From Candidatus Bathyarchaeota archaeon (GTDB lineage Archaea > Thermoproteota > Bathyarchaeia > Bathyarchaeales > Bathycorpusculaceae): a stretch of 64,000 bases of DNA. The DNA is taken from contig OY969706.1 in NCBI GenBank assembly GCA_963702095.1, positions 2,009,840-2,073,839 of the forward strand. Reading direction: 5' to 3'. The notes under the pieces were generated by a model. That model searched no databases. It saw nothing but the letters and a program-made list of their open reading frames with translations, and had not been told where the DNA came from. The position numbers and the translations under genes were made by a program. This document shows, piece by piece, positions 56,829-64,000 of this stretch. Numbering within the stretch: the stretch's first letter is position 1; each line of letters opens with the position of its first letter.

Positions 56829-58889
56829 ATGTTGCGACCCGAAAGAATGGCTTCCACATCGATTATTTGCATTAGAAAAGATGTGGAACCCGTGCTGGAG
56901 ACGCTAAACACCTTCGGTGAATTCCATATTGAACCGTCTTCTCAAGACGACGCAACCCTCTCAGAGTACAACCGAAAAATCCAAGTGGTTGATGAACAAC
57001 TCCTTGACGTCAACGGGTTAATAAATCAGTTACCACAGCAAAAAACGGGTCTATTTAGCATTTTTAAAGTTCAGCAGCCAACCATCGTTCAGGTGACGAC
57101 GGAGAACTGGCGCAGCCTCCTCGAATTAACACGCCAAAACATTCACTCACTCAAACATGAGATGGAAAGCCTCAACGCTGCCCTCACAGAGTTAAAAGAA
57201 AAAAAAACAGGGTTAACCCACCTGAAACTGACGTTAACATGCATGCACAGTATGGGCGTCGACGTTGCCAGCATGGAAAAATTTAAGCTCATCCATGTTG
57301 CCATCGCAAGTTTGCCGATTAAAAATTTTGAAGCGTTTGAAACCGCGGTCGCGGGGCTGCCGCTTGAAGTCCACCATACCATCTTAACCCACGAAGTGTA
57401 CTTCCTCACAGCAGCGATGCCGGCGAAACATTGGGAAGAAGTGGAAAAAATACTGCGCACCTACCACGCGGAGATTTTTCAGTACCCAGAGGATTTGCCT
57501 AAAGACGCCGATTTAGCTCTCAAACAAGTCAAAGAACAGTTATCTGAAAACGCCCAGCAAGAAAAGGAACTTTCCGCTAAACTTTCCAAGCTCTGTGAAG
57601 GCAACCGAGGCAACCTTGCTTCTTGGAGGGAAACCTCACAGAACATACTGGCGTTGCTTAGTGCTGAGAAAAAGATTTTGCAGTCAGGCAGATTGGCAAC
57701 CATCAAGGGATTCGTGCCCCAGAACAAGTATCCAGAGCTCGAGCAAACCATGCATGGAATGCTCAACGACAAAGTGTTGGTGTTGCCAGACGATTCATTG
57801 GAAGCCAAAGAGGAGGTGCCGCCGTCAAAGTTTAGGCATGGCCGATTCATTAAGCCCTTCGAAGAAATCACCAAGCTCTACGGCGTGCCCAAGTATAACG
57901 AAGTGGACCCGACACCGTTCATCGCAATCACTTTCCCGATCATTTTCGGGTTGATGTTTGGGGATTTTGGGCAGGGATTGGTGCTGCTGATCGGCGGTTT
58001 AACAGTGGGGTTGCTGATTAAGGGTAACCAAGGCATGAAAAACACCTGCTATATTGTAGCTGCTTGCGGCATAGGTGCCATGGCTGCGGGGTTGGTATTC
58101 GGCGAGTATTTTGGCAAAGAAATGTTTCCAGCCCTATGGTTTAGCCCAGTACCATCAATAGAAGGCGGTGCAGCAGCCTTGGCAAATGCGTCCACAACCG
58201 TATTTAACTTTTTGATATTTGCGTTGTTCGTTGGTGTAGTCCAGATTGTCAGCGGCTTAATCATCCAAGGCGTGAACTTTGCACTCAAACATGAATACGT
58301 CGACACCTTCCTAACAGCCGTCCCCAAAATCGCGTTTTACGTCGGCGGCATCTGGCTAATCGCAGCTTATCAACTTAACTTCGCGGCTTGGCTGACTGGA
58401 CCCATACTTGCCCCCATAATACCCTTCGCCATCATGGTCGCAGGTAAACCCCTCTATTTGAGAATAGCTAAACCAGCAGTTACCCACGAAGGCGAAAGCG
58501 CTGAATCAGACACTTTTATAGGCAGGCTTTTTGAAGGCGGAGACTTCTTCACCAGTTTGCTAAGCAACACAATCTCATACAGCCGTATCCTCGCATTGCT
58601 AATGGCGCATTGGGCATTGCTGTTGGTTACCTACACTGTTGCAGAGTTGATTGCGCCAGCAGGTTCAGGTGCACCCGCATTGGTGTTGGCGGGCGTCATC
58701 ATAGTCTTCGGCAACATAGCCATCATGGCGCTTGAAGGCTTAATCGTGTTCATCCACACCTTGAGGCTGCACTTCTACGAGTGGTTCAGCAAATTCTACG
58801 CTGGCACAGGCACCGAATTCAATCCCTTCAAACAAGACTTTACCCATACCAAGCTGACGCTTAAAGGCAAAAAAGAACAGAAAATTTAG
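56829..58889 (+). CDS. atpI: A-type ATP synthase subunit I (a subunit), encoded on the opposite strand to the rest of the cluster
   Basis: 'MLRPERMASTSIICIRKDVEPVLETLNTFGEFHI' is the canonical subunit I start (ATG 56829; the ORF is open from TTG 56799). The C-terminal membrane domain has 'SYSRILALLMAHWAL' (essential Arg) and 'IHTLRLHFYEWFSKFY'. Confidence 0.9.
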   Translation: MLRPERMASTSIICIRKDVEPVLETLNTFGEFHIEPSSQDDATLSEYNRKIQVVDEQLLDVNGLINQLPQQKTGLFSIFKVQQPTIVQVTTENWRSLLELTRQNIHSLKHEMESLNAALTELKEKKTGLTHLKLTLTCMHSMGVDVASMEKFKLIHVAIASLPIKNFEAFETAVAGLPLEVHHTILTHEVYFLTAAMPAKHWEEVEKILRTYHAEIFQYPEDLPKDADLALKQVKEQLSENAQQEKELSAKLSKLCEGNRGNLASWRETSQNILALLSAEKKILQSGRLATIKGFVPQNKYPELEQTMHGMLNDKVLVLPDDSLEAKEEVPPSKFRHGRFIKPFEEITKLYGVPKYNEVDPTPFIAITFPIIFGLMFGDFGQGLVLLIGGLTVGLLIKGNQGMKNTCYIVAACGIGAMAAGLVFGEYFGKEMFPALWFSPVPSIEGGAAALANASTTVFNFLIFALFVGVVQIVSGLIIQGVNFALKHEYVDTFLTAVPKIAFYVGGIWLIAAYQLNFAAWLTGPILAPIIPFAIMVAGKPLYLRIAKPAVTHEGESAESDTFIGRLFEGGDFFTSLLSNTISYSRILALLMAHWALLLVTYTVAELIAPAGSGAPALVLAGVIIVFGNIAIMALEGLIVFIHTLRLHFYEWFSKFYAGTGTEFNPFKQDFTHTKLTLKGKKEQKI

Positions 58890-59938
58890 AAGTAAAGTTG
58901 AGCTCGAATGGCATCAGGCTTCATGTCGCCGTCGATGCCTAAAGCTAATGCGCGTAGGTTGTAAACTTCAGTTTCTTTCTGAGTCATGTATGCAAGCGGC
59001 GTGCCGATGTTGAAGGTGTTGGAGATTGTGCTGGCTTTTGCATGCTCAATTGCGGCTGCTCGGAGAACTTTTTCAGCTTTAGCCAACGTGTCCTCGGGAG
59101 TGTCTTCTTTGACGAAGTATTTGGCGTAGTCTGTGTCGAGAACTATTTTGTATGCTGCCTCAAAGCTGATGGCGGATAGGACAGCTTCAACCTGCTTCTT
59201 GGTCAACTTGAAATAGTTCTGCGGCACCGCCAACCGTAGCCAGTTAGGGTCGTAATTGAGGTTTTTACCCCTTAAAAGCGAAAGCAAAACGAAACCGTCG
59301 TTTTCTGTGCCTGCGTAGAAGCGGGCATGAGGCTTCTCTTTTTTTGGTAAACGCTCAAAAACTTCATGAAGATGCTCAAAGAAGAATACATCCAGAAAAA
59401 CATCCAGGCACATTGTTGAGCCGCTTTCGTTGTAGCTAACTAACCCAGTGTTAAGCGGGCACCAATACGCTGTTTTCTTAAAGACACCCACCAGATGAGT
59501 CAGATCAGTTGCTTTAGCAGCATCCTCCAATAAAACAGGTTTTTCAATGTGGCATCCCACGAAGGGGTAGAGTTTAGCCAGTTTCTGCTCAGGCGACTCC
59601 TTGGCGAAGGTTGCTTTCACGAGCACCTTGACGTTTTCCACTTCAAACCGCAACAGGTAGAGGCGGAGGTATTCCTTTGCTGTTTTGGGTGAGTACTTGA
59701 TTATTTTCTGGTAAGTCTCAATCAGGTTTTCGTTGAAAGCGCGTTCCAATTTGCGGCCAGATAGGGGAAGCGCAGTTTTAGCGATTTGCTCTTGGTATGG
59801 GGTGTCGCGGAGTTGCCCGGCGAAATCGTTGAGGTTTTTGCTGTCTGCTAAGGTTTTAAGTTTTGCTTCGCTTAGCAGGCTGCTTCGTTGAGCGCCGATT
59901 TTAGCGAGCACCGAAGCGTAACGGACTGTCTGGGGCAA
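58886..59938 (-). CDS. atpC: A-type ATP synthase subunit C (d subunit)
   Basis: 350 aa, all-helical, with the size and pattern of V/A-ATPase subunit C ('YASVLAKIGAQRSSLLS...', 'LYLLRFEVENVKVLVKA'). Its stop overlaps the atpI stop (convergent). Confidence 0.85.
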   Translation of the reverse strand: MPQTVRYASVLAKIGAQRSSLLSEAKLKTLADSKNLNDFAGQLRDTPYQEQIAKTALPLSGRKLERAFNENLIETYQKIIKYSPKTAKEYLRLYLLRFEVENVKVLVKATFAKESPEQKLAKLYPFVGCHIEKPVLLEDAAKATDLTHLVGVFKKTAYWCPLNTGLVSYNESGSTMCLDVFLDVFFFEHLHEVFERLPKKEKPHARFYAGTENDGFVLLSLLRGKNLNYDPNWLRLAVPQNYFKLTKKQVEAVLSAISFEAAYKIVLDTDYAKYFVKEDTPEDTLAKAEKVLRAAAIEHAKASTISNTFNIGTPLAYMTQKETEVYNLRALALGIDGDMKPDAIRAQLYF

Positions 59939-59940
59939 CC

Positions 59941-60255
59941 TTAATTTTCCTCGAGAACGGCGGCTACAACCGTTGAAACCGCATCATCCATGCGTTTTTG
60001 GGCTTGGGTTTTCAGTTTTTGGGCGGTTGCTTCGTTTGCTTTGAGTTTTTCAGCGCGGTCACGGTTAGCGTCCTCGACGGCTTGGGAGTAGAGTTTCTGT
60101 GCTTCTTCTTCGCCGTAGGTTTTACCGTTGGCGACGAGTTTTTCGGATTGCTGCTGTGCAAGCGCCGTAATTTTTTTGGCTTTTTCCTGTGCATCCGCTT
60201 GGATTTGGTCAGCTTGGGCCTCAATTTTTTTTAGTTCATCCCATACTTTCTGCAT
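59941..60255 (-). CDS. atpH: A-type ATP synthase subunit H (peripheral stalk, G-like)
   Basis: 104 aa. Ala/Gln/Lys/Glu-rich single long helix, 'LKKIEAQADQIQADAQEKAKKI'. It is the first gene of the cluster. Confidence 0.7.
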   Translation of the reverse strand: MQKVWDELKKIEAQADQIQADAQEKAKKITALAQQQSEKLVANGKTYGEEEAQKLYSQAVEDANRDRAEKLKANEATAQKLKTQAQKRMDDAVSTVVAAVLEEN

Positions 60256-60360
60256 CTTGCGGTCACTGCCTCTATAGGGTTGTTAGCACTCATAATATTC
60301 TTACGGTTTCTAAAGGTTTGCGCCTAACCGTTTTGATCGGTACCAGACAAACTTGGATGA

Positions 60361-60609
60361 ACGTATAGAGGTTTACAGGTAACTCCCACACCTACCCCTA
60401 TACCGACTCCAACGTCAACTCCAACACCTAAGCCAACCCAATCAACCAGTTCGACCCCAACAGCAACTCAATTGACAGCAAAACCAAATACACCCGATTT
60501 TATATTATCTCTGTTAATAGTCTTAATAGTCGGCGCAAGTGTGGCAGTGGCAGTTTTATACAAAAAGAAATCTAAGCCCAAAAACACCGCTAAGAATACG
60601 TTACCGTAG
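60361..60609 (+). pseudogene. Orphan C-terminal surface-anchor module (Thr/Pro linker, PDF, TM helix, Lys-rich tail) without an N-terminal domain
   Basis: Own translation after the stop at 60358-60360: ...VTPTPTPIPTPTSTPTPKPTQSTSSTPTATQLTAKPNTPDFILSLLIVLIVGASVAVAVLYKKKSKPKNTAKNTLP*. There is no ATG or GTG. Only an internal TTG would give a roughly 40-aa TM peptide. Confidence 0.4.
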
Positions 60610-60700
60610 CTTGGAGTAAATTTTTGGTGTTCTGCTTGCGGATTTGCCCACAACCAACCTGCAGCCCAATACACAATCCAAACCCAAAAAGCAGTTGCCA

Positions 60701-60764
60701 GCCAAGCCCACAGGAAGAAGATGAGTAAGGGGCGTCTCTGCCTTCTTCTTAAACTAGAAAAACA
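60701..60764 (+). repeat. Copy B of the direct repeat (partner at 15451-15512)
   Basis: GCCAAGCCCACAGGAAGAAGATGAGTAAGGGGCGTCTCTGCCTTCTTCTTAAACTAGAAAAACAG, aligned by hand to copy A. Confidence 0.6.
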
Positions 60765-60904
60765 GAAAAGCCCCAAATTCTGATCTACAGGTATAGGGGT
60801 AGGGGAGGGTCTCTTAGAGCAACGGGTCTTTGGCTACGCTACTTTTTGTAAGTTTGAGAAACAGTAAAAAGGTGCATGACCCCTTAGTAGGAAGAGAGGG
60901 CAAA

Positions 60905-62194
60905 ATGGTTATTCCAGACAAATTCAACGTGACCGCAGAGGATGCATACAATTACATTGCAAGCAAGTACTTTGCCGACCAGCAGCTCTGCATGGTGCTG
61001 AAATTCGACGGAAAAATCGATGAAGCCATACTTGCAAGGGCGGTTCGCGTAACTTTGGATTTAGAACCTGTTTTGGGCTGCCGATTAGCCATCGACAGCG
61101 GCAACTTGTTTTGGCTACGCAGAAGCGACCTCGACGAACTGCAAACCTGCCAAGTAATCGCAGTCCAGCAGGCACTGCAAGACGTCATCAACACACCCAC
61201 TCATGCGGACGTAGACCCGCTGGTTGCCACACGACTTCTGAGGGAAGGCGGCGGCGATACAGTCTGTGTTAAAGTTAACCATTCAGCCTGCGACGGGGGA
61301 GGACTCAAAGAATACATGTCGCTCCTTAGCAGTGTCTATAACAGCTTGGTATTGGATGGCAAATGCTTGTTGGAACCCAATTTGGCGGGGAGAAGAGACC
61401 AAACACAAGTCTTCCAATACACCAAAGACCCCAAAACCGTACCACTCAAAGACTTCCCCAAACCCACATGGGCACTCCCCCAAAAACAAGGCCCAGAAAG
61501 GCGCCATATCTATCGTACACTACCTGCGGGGAAACTGGCAGCGATCAAACAGGTTGCAAAATCCAAAAAAGCCACCGTCAACGACGCCCTCTTAGCCGCA
61601 CTCTACCGCCAATTTTTTACGGTAAACAATGCGCCTGAGGGTAAACCCATGATTATCCAAGTATCCATCGACCTCAGACGGTACTGTCCCAACCGCAAAG
61701 CAGAAGCAATCTGTAACCTTTCAAGCGGGTTGCACCTGGAGTTAGAGCGTAAACTGGGCGAAGGCTTTGAGCAGACACTTGAGAGGGCAACGGCGGCGAT
61801 GAACAAATTCAAAGAAAAGTATCCAGGCATCGAGACTGCGGTGAAGTTAGACTACCTATTTAGCCACGGCTTCGCTTGGATGGAGAAGTATATGGGGCAG
61901 ACAGCTGAGTTAAGCCAAAAGTACAGTCTAACTTATCCGCTTCTCTCCAACTTCGGCGTTCTACCCGACTATAGTTTCGGAGGATTACACGCAAAAGAGG
62001 GGTACATTACGCCTCCCATTATGTACACGCCAGGGTTCATGCTTGGCGCCTCAACCTTCGACGGCATGTTAACGCTTTCGATTGGTTACTGCGGAGTAGA
62101 AAACACAGCGAAGATGCAGAGCTTTTTGGATAGCTTAATCGAAGATTTTACAAGGCAAAGTAGGAGGCGGTTGGATGCAGGAATACCTAGTTAA
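60905..62194 (+). CDS. Condensation-domain-like HxxxD acyltransferase (WS/DGAT / PapA5 / NRPS-C superfamily)
   Basis: 'VCVKVNHSACDGGGLKEYM' contains the H(H)xxxDG catalytic motif, and the protein is about 430 aa. Start set at ATG 60905, preceded by AGGAAGAGAGGG. The ORF is open from 60830. Confidence 0.6.
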   Translation: MVIPDKFNVTAEDAYNYIASKYFADQQLCMVLKFDGKIDEAILARAVRVTLDLEPVLGCRLAIDSGNLFWLRRSDLDELQTCQVIAVQQALQDVINTPTHADVDPLVATRLLREGGGDTVCVKVNHSACDGGGLKEYMSLLSSVYNSLVLDGKCLLEPNLAGRRDQTQVFQYTKDPKTVPLKDFPKPTWALPQKQGPERRHIYRTLPAGKLAAIKQVAKSKKATVNDALLAALYRQFFTVNNAPEGKPMIIQVSIDLRRYCPNRKAEAICNLSSGLHLELERKLGEGFEQTLERATAAMNKFKEKYPGIETAVKLDYLFSHGFAWMEKYMGQTAELSQKYSLTYPLLSNFGVLPDYSFGGLHAKEGYITPPIMYTPGFMLGASTFDGMLTLSIGYCGVENTAKMQSFLDSLIEDFTRQSRRRLDAGIPS

Positions 62195-62369
62195 AACCAA
62201 AAGAGTCGGTGACCAAATCGTCATCGCATTACCCAAGGAACTATTGGCGGCACAACAAATCGGCGCAGATACGACTGTGAAGATTACGGTTCAGAAATAC
62301 AAAACCGCTTCCGCCACAAAAAATGACTCCACGCTGGGCCCAGATGACCCATGGAAACTACTTGAATGA
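62175..62369 (+). CDS. Small AbrB/MazE/SpoVT-type swapped-hairpin domain protein (antitoxin-like or regulator)
   Basis: 64 aa. 'VKTKRVGDQIVIALPKELLAAQQIGADTTVKITV'. It overlaps the acyltransferase stop by 20 nt, and no toxin gene is adjacent. Confidence 0.5.
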   Translation: MQEYLVKTKRVGDQIVIALPKELLAAQQIGADTTVKITVQKYKTASATKNDSTLGPDDPWKLLE

Positions 62370-62373
62370 GTTC

Positions 62374-63267
62374 TTAAGAACTCTTCAGAAGTGAAGCCAA
62401 CTCCGCCGTATTTCCAAACATGACGCAATGACCTCTTCCCTCGAATACCTTGACCTGCGAAAGAGCTATGGATTTAGCAAGCAAATATGCGTTCTCAACG
62501 CGGCACGTCTTATCGTCAGCCCCATGCCAGATGAACAATCTATCCCCCGGAACCCGCGAAAAAGAAAAGCCCCAGGGCTTCATAAACATCTGATGCTCCA
62601 TAACCACCGTTTTGACTCCAAGATTGCCCTGACGAAATGCTTCAGCCAAAGATTGATACATAAGCCCCATCCAAGCAGGATCACCGAAGAAATTCAAGTC
62701 ATCCTTAGAACAGCCACGGAGCACCTGTTTTCCGCTTCGCGAACGCAGAAAAGCCTCAACGTCACCGTTGGCTCTAAGCACGTCTGAATGCATGTTTTTC
62801 ATGGCTAAATAGCCGATGGATGGGATTTTCATGATAAACCTTGCCAGGGGCATGTTATGCGCGGTTGACACATCAAAGGGTAAAGCGGGCGCACCCACAA
62901 CAACCGCTCTATTCACACGCTCGGGAAACAGGGCGATGTAGGCAAGTGCAAAAGCGCCTCCGCCAGACCAACCTAAAACCCCGAACCGTTCAAAGCCTAA
63001 ATAATCAGTCAAGTGATTAACGTCGCCGGCAAATTCTTGGAGGCTCTTTCTCTGCTGGAAAGTTGACAAGCCATAGCCTGACCTGTCGACGCCTATTATC
63101 TGCAGGTTTGCGGCATTAGCAAGGTCTTTTAGGAGAAGGGTTTCTAGGCGGCTGCTGGCTGTGCCGTGGAAGTATACAACGGGGACGCCCTCGCCTATTG
63201 CTATGTACCCGAGTTGTCGTCCATCAGGCAGTGAGAGCACTTGTCCGCTCCGTTGTTTTTTCTCCAT
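62374..63267 (-). CDS. Alpha/beta-fold hydrolase
   Basis: 297 aa. 'VVYFHGTASSRLE' (oxyanion region), nucleophile elbow 'VLGWSGGGAFAL', and C-terminal 'GRGHCVMF'. Confidence 0.88.
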   Translation of the reverse strand: MEKKQRSGQVLSLPDGRQLGYIAIGEGVPVVYFHGTASSRLETLLLKDLANAANLQIIGVDRSGYGLSTFQQRKSLQEFAGDVNHLTDYLGFERFGVLGWSGGGAFALAYIALFPERVNRAVVVGAPALPFDVSTAHNMPLARFIMKIPSIGYLAMKNMHSDVLRANGDVEAFLRSRSGKQVLRGCSKDDLNFFGDPAWMGLMYQSLAEAFRQGNLGVKTVVMEHQMFMKPWGFSFSRVPGDRLFIWHGADDKTCRVENAYLLAKSIALSQVKVFEGRGHCVMFGNTAELASLLKSS

Positions 63268-63330
63268 CGTAATCTCACTTGTGAGTTGTAAACTATTATA
63301 TATAATCCCAGAAAATTAACGCAAACTTAG

Positions 63331-63455
63331 GAGACTGGTCTAGGGGGTTTGCCGGTTGGGATAGCGCCGGCACCCCTGGTAGACCCTCGGTTTCTTTCGC
63401 GGCAATCTATGACAGATGGCGCCGAGTTTCGGGGCAGGCGAGACTCAAGGGCTGA
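63331..63455 (+). ncRNA. Candidate structured non-coding RNA or leader (GC-rich island in an A+T-rich intergenic region); the strand is a guess
   Basis: Nested helices were read by eye. GGTCTA/TAGACC, GGGG/CCCC and TGCCGG/CCGGCA form one long hairpin (63338-63385). CTCGG/CCGAG encloses ATCT/AGAT (63386-63426). A TATA-rich box TTATATATAAT (63293-63303) lies about 30 nt upstream. The palindromic hairpin GTTGATG-GATA-CATCAAC follows at 63469-63486. Confidence 0.3.
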
Positions 63456-63663
63456 TCTGTTGATTTGTTGATGGATACATCAACATATAAACCTTGGTTA
63501 AACTTAAGTTAAGGCTTGGTTGAGTAAATTCACGGATTAACCCATCAATCCCCAACAGAATAATCAACCAACAATTAACCCAAATTAAGCAAAAGTTTAT
63601 AACAGCAGAATAACCAATGCCTTCCAGCATCAACCAATAAAACAGTCGCTAGGACACCCCAAA

Positions 63664-64000
63664 ATGCTTCTAGAGCAAACCCAGATTCACATCAAAAGGG
63701 AAAATGAGAACCTGTACTACCCTCAATACAGAGACAACTGCATTTCAAACATACCCGACCTACTTCTGGAAATATTTAACGCCCAAAACAAAACAGTACA
63801 CCCCCTGCAAGAAGAAATGGCAGAAAACTGTCCTGAGCGTAACTTAAAAGTTATACTTTTAGTCATTGACGGCTTTGGGTTTAACCAATACCTAAAACAC
63901 CAAAGGGAAAACCAATTCTTAACCAAACTAGCCACCAAAGGCGAAGTTGAACCATTAACAAGCGTTTTTCCATCCCAAACAACAAACGCCCTAACAACAT
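63664..64000 (+). CDS. Alkaline-phosphatase-superfamily protein (type I phosphodiesterase/nucleotide pyrophosphatase-like), N-terminal part; runs off the window
   Basis: Own translation from ATG 63664: MLLEQTQIHIKRENENLYYPQY...NLKVILLVIDGFGFNQYLKHQ...LTSVFPSQTTNALTT. 'D-G-[FLM]' and 'FPS.T..a.tt' are the metal-ligand and nucleophile motifs of this superfamily. Confidence 0.6.
   Translation, partial: MLLEQTQIHIKRENENLYYPQYRDNCISNIPDLLLEIFNAQNKTVHPLQEEMAENCPERNLKVILLVIDGFGFNQYLKHQRENQFLTKLATKGEVEPLTSVFPSQTTNALTT

Noticed and set aside
60468-60776. 102-aa minus-strand ORF (Trp/Phe-rich)
   Set aside because: Its 5' part coincides with direct-repeat copy B. The reading frame is not preserved in copy A because of a 1-nt indel. 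Its 3' part is antisense to the much more protein-like Thr/Pro-linker, TM and KKK frame.
63331-63640. Idea that the GC-rich element is the 5' (Alu-like) part of the SRP 7S RNA, or a TPP riboswitch because of ...CTGATCTG...
   Set aside because: There are superficial resemblances only (GGGG...CCCCUGGUAGACC). The following roughly 180 nt are A+T-rich and lack any helix-8-type S domain. No 3' strand is present to pair with the 5' end. The TPP core motifs (CUGAGA, ACCUGAUCUGGAUAAUGCCAGCG) are absent. I keep it only as an unclassified candidate.

Overview
Archaeal chromosomal segment. Evidence for archaeal origin: an archaeal-type 16S rRNA, A1AO (V-type) ATP synthase genes, ribosomal protein L37e and an Sm-like protein. 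SD-like GGAGG(TGA) motifs complementary to the 16S 3' end precede many starts. A finer lineage cannot be assigned by eye.

Content from left to right:
- Stomatin/NfeD/HtrA genes.
- A visibly A+T-richer accessory islet (about 2-7.5 kb) with HicAB, VapBC, a DUF2971 protein, wHTH regulators and unknown ORFs.
- A roughly 17-kb phosphate/polyphosphate island: CYTH, ppk1, a CHAD-metallophosphoesterase-HD fusion, ppx, ppk2, a PAS histidine kinase, a frameshifted phoU, pstBACS, AbrB-PhoU and a HAD hydrolase.
- The L37e-Sm pair.
- A 963-aa virus-like tail-fibre protein ending in an S74-type intramolecular chaperone module.
- Two NosD-like beta-helix surface proteins.
- YqaA, a PUA protein, a frameshifted PPP phosphatase, superoxide reductase and a terminase-large-subunit remnant.
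- A stand-alone 16S rRNA gene with a long flanking processing stem and no 23S or 5S gene in the window.
- ArsC-like phosphatase, a PQQ-type beta-propeller surface protein, a ParB-like protein, PPDK and a PAP2 protein.
- A rearranged ATP synthase cluster with atpI inverted inside it.
- An HxxxD acyltransferase, an alpha/beta hydrolase and a partial alkaline-phosphatase-superfamily gene.

Most interesting observations:
- The CHAD-MPE-HD fusion wedged by overlapping start/stop codons between ppk1 and ppx.
- The tail-fibre/terminase viral remnants.
- A pair of about 107-nt inverted repeats bracketing a 9-kb block that contains the 16S gene.
- A second, direct repeat family with two copies.
- Two clear homopolymer-associated frameshifts (phoU, PPP phosphatase).
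- A GC-rich structured intergenic element at 63.3 kb.

No CRISPR array, tRNA, transposase or 23S/5S gene was recognised.
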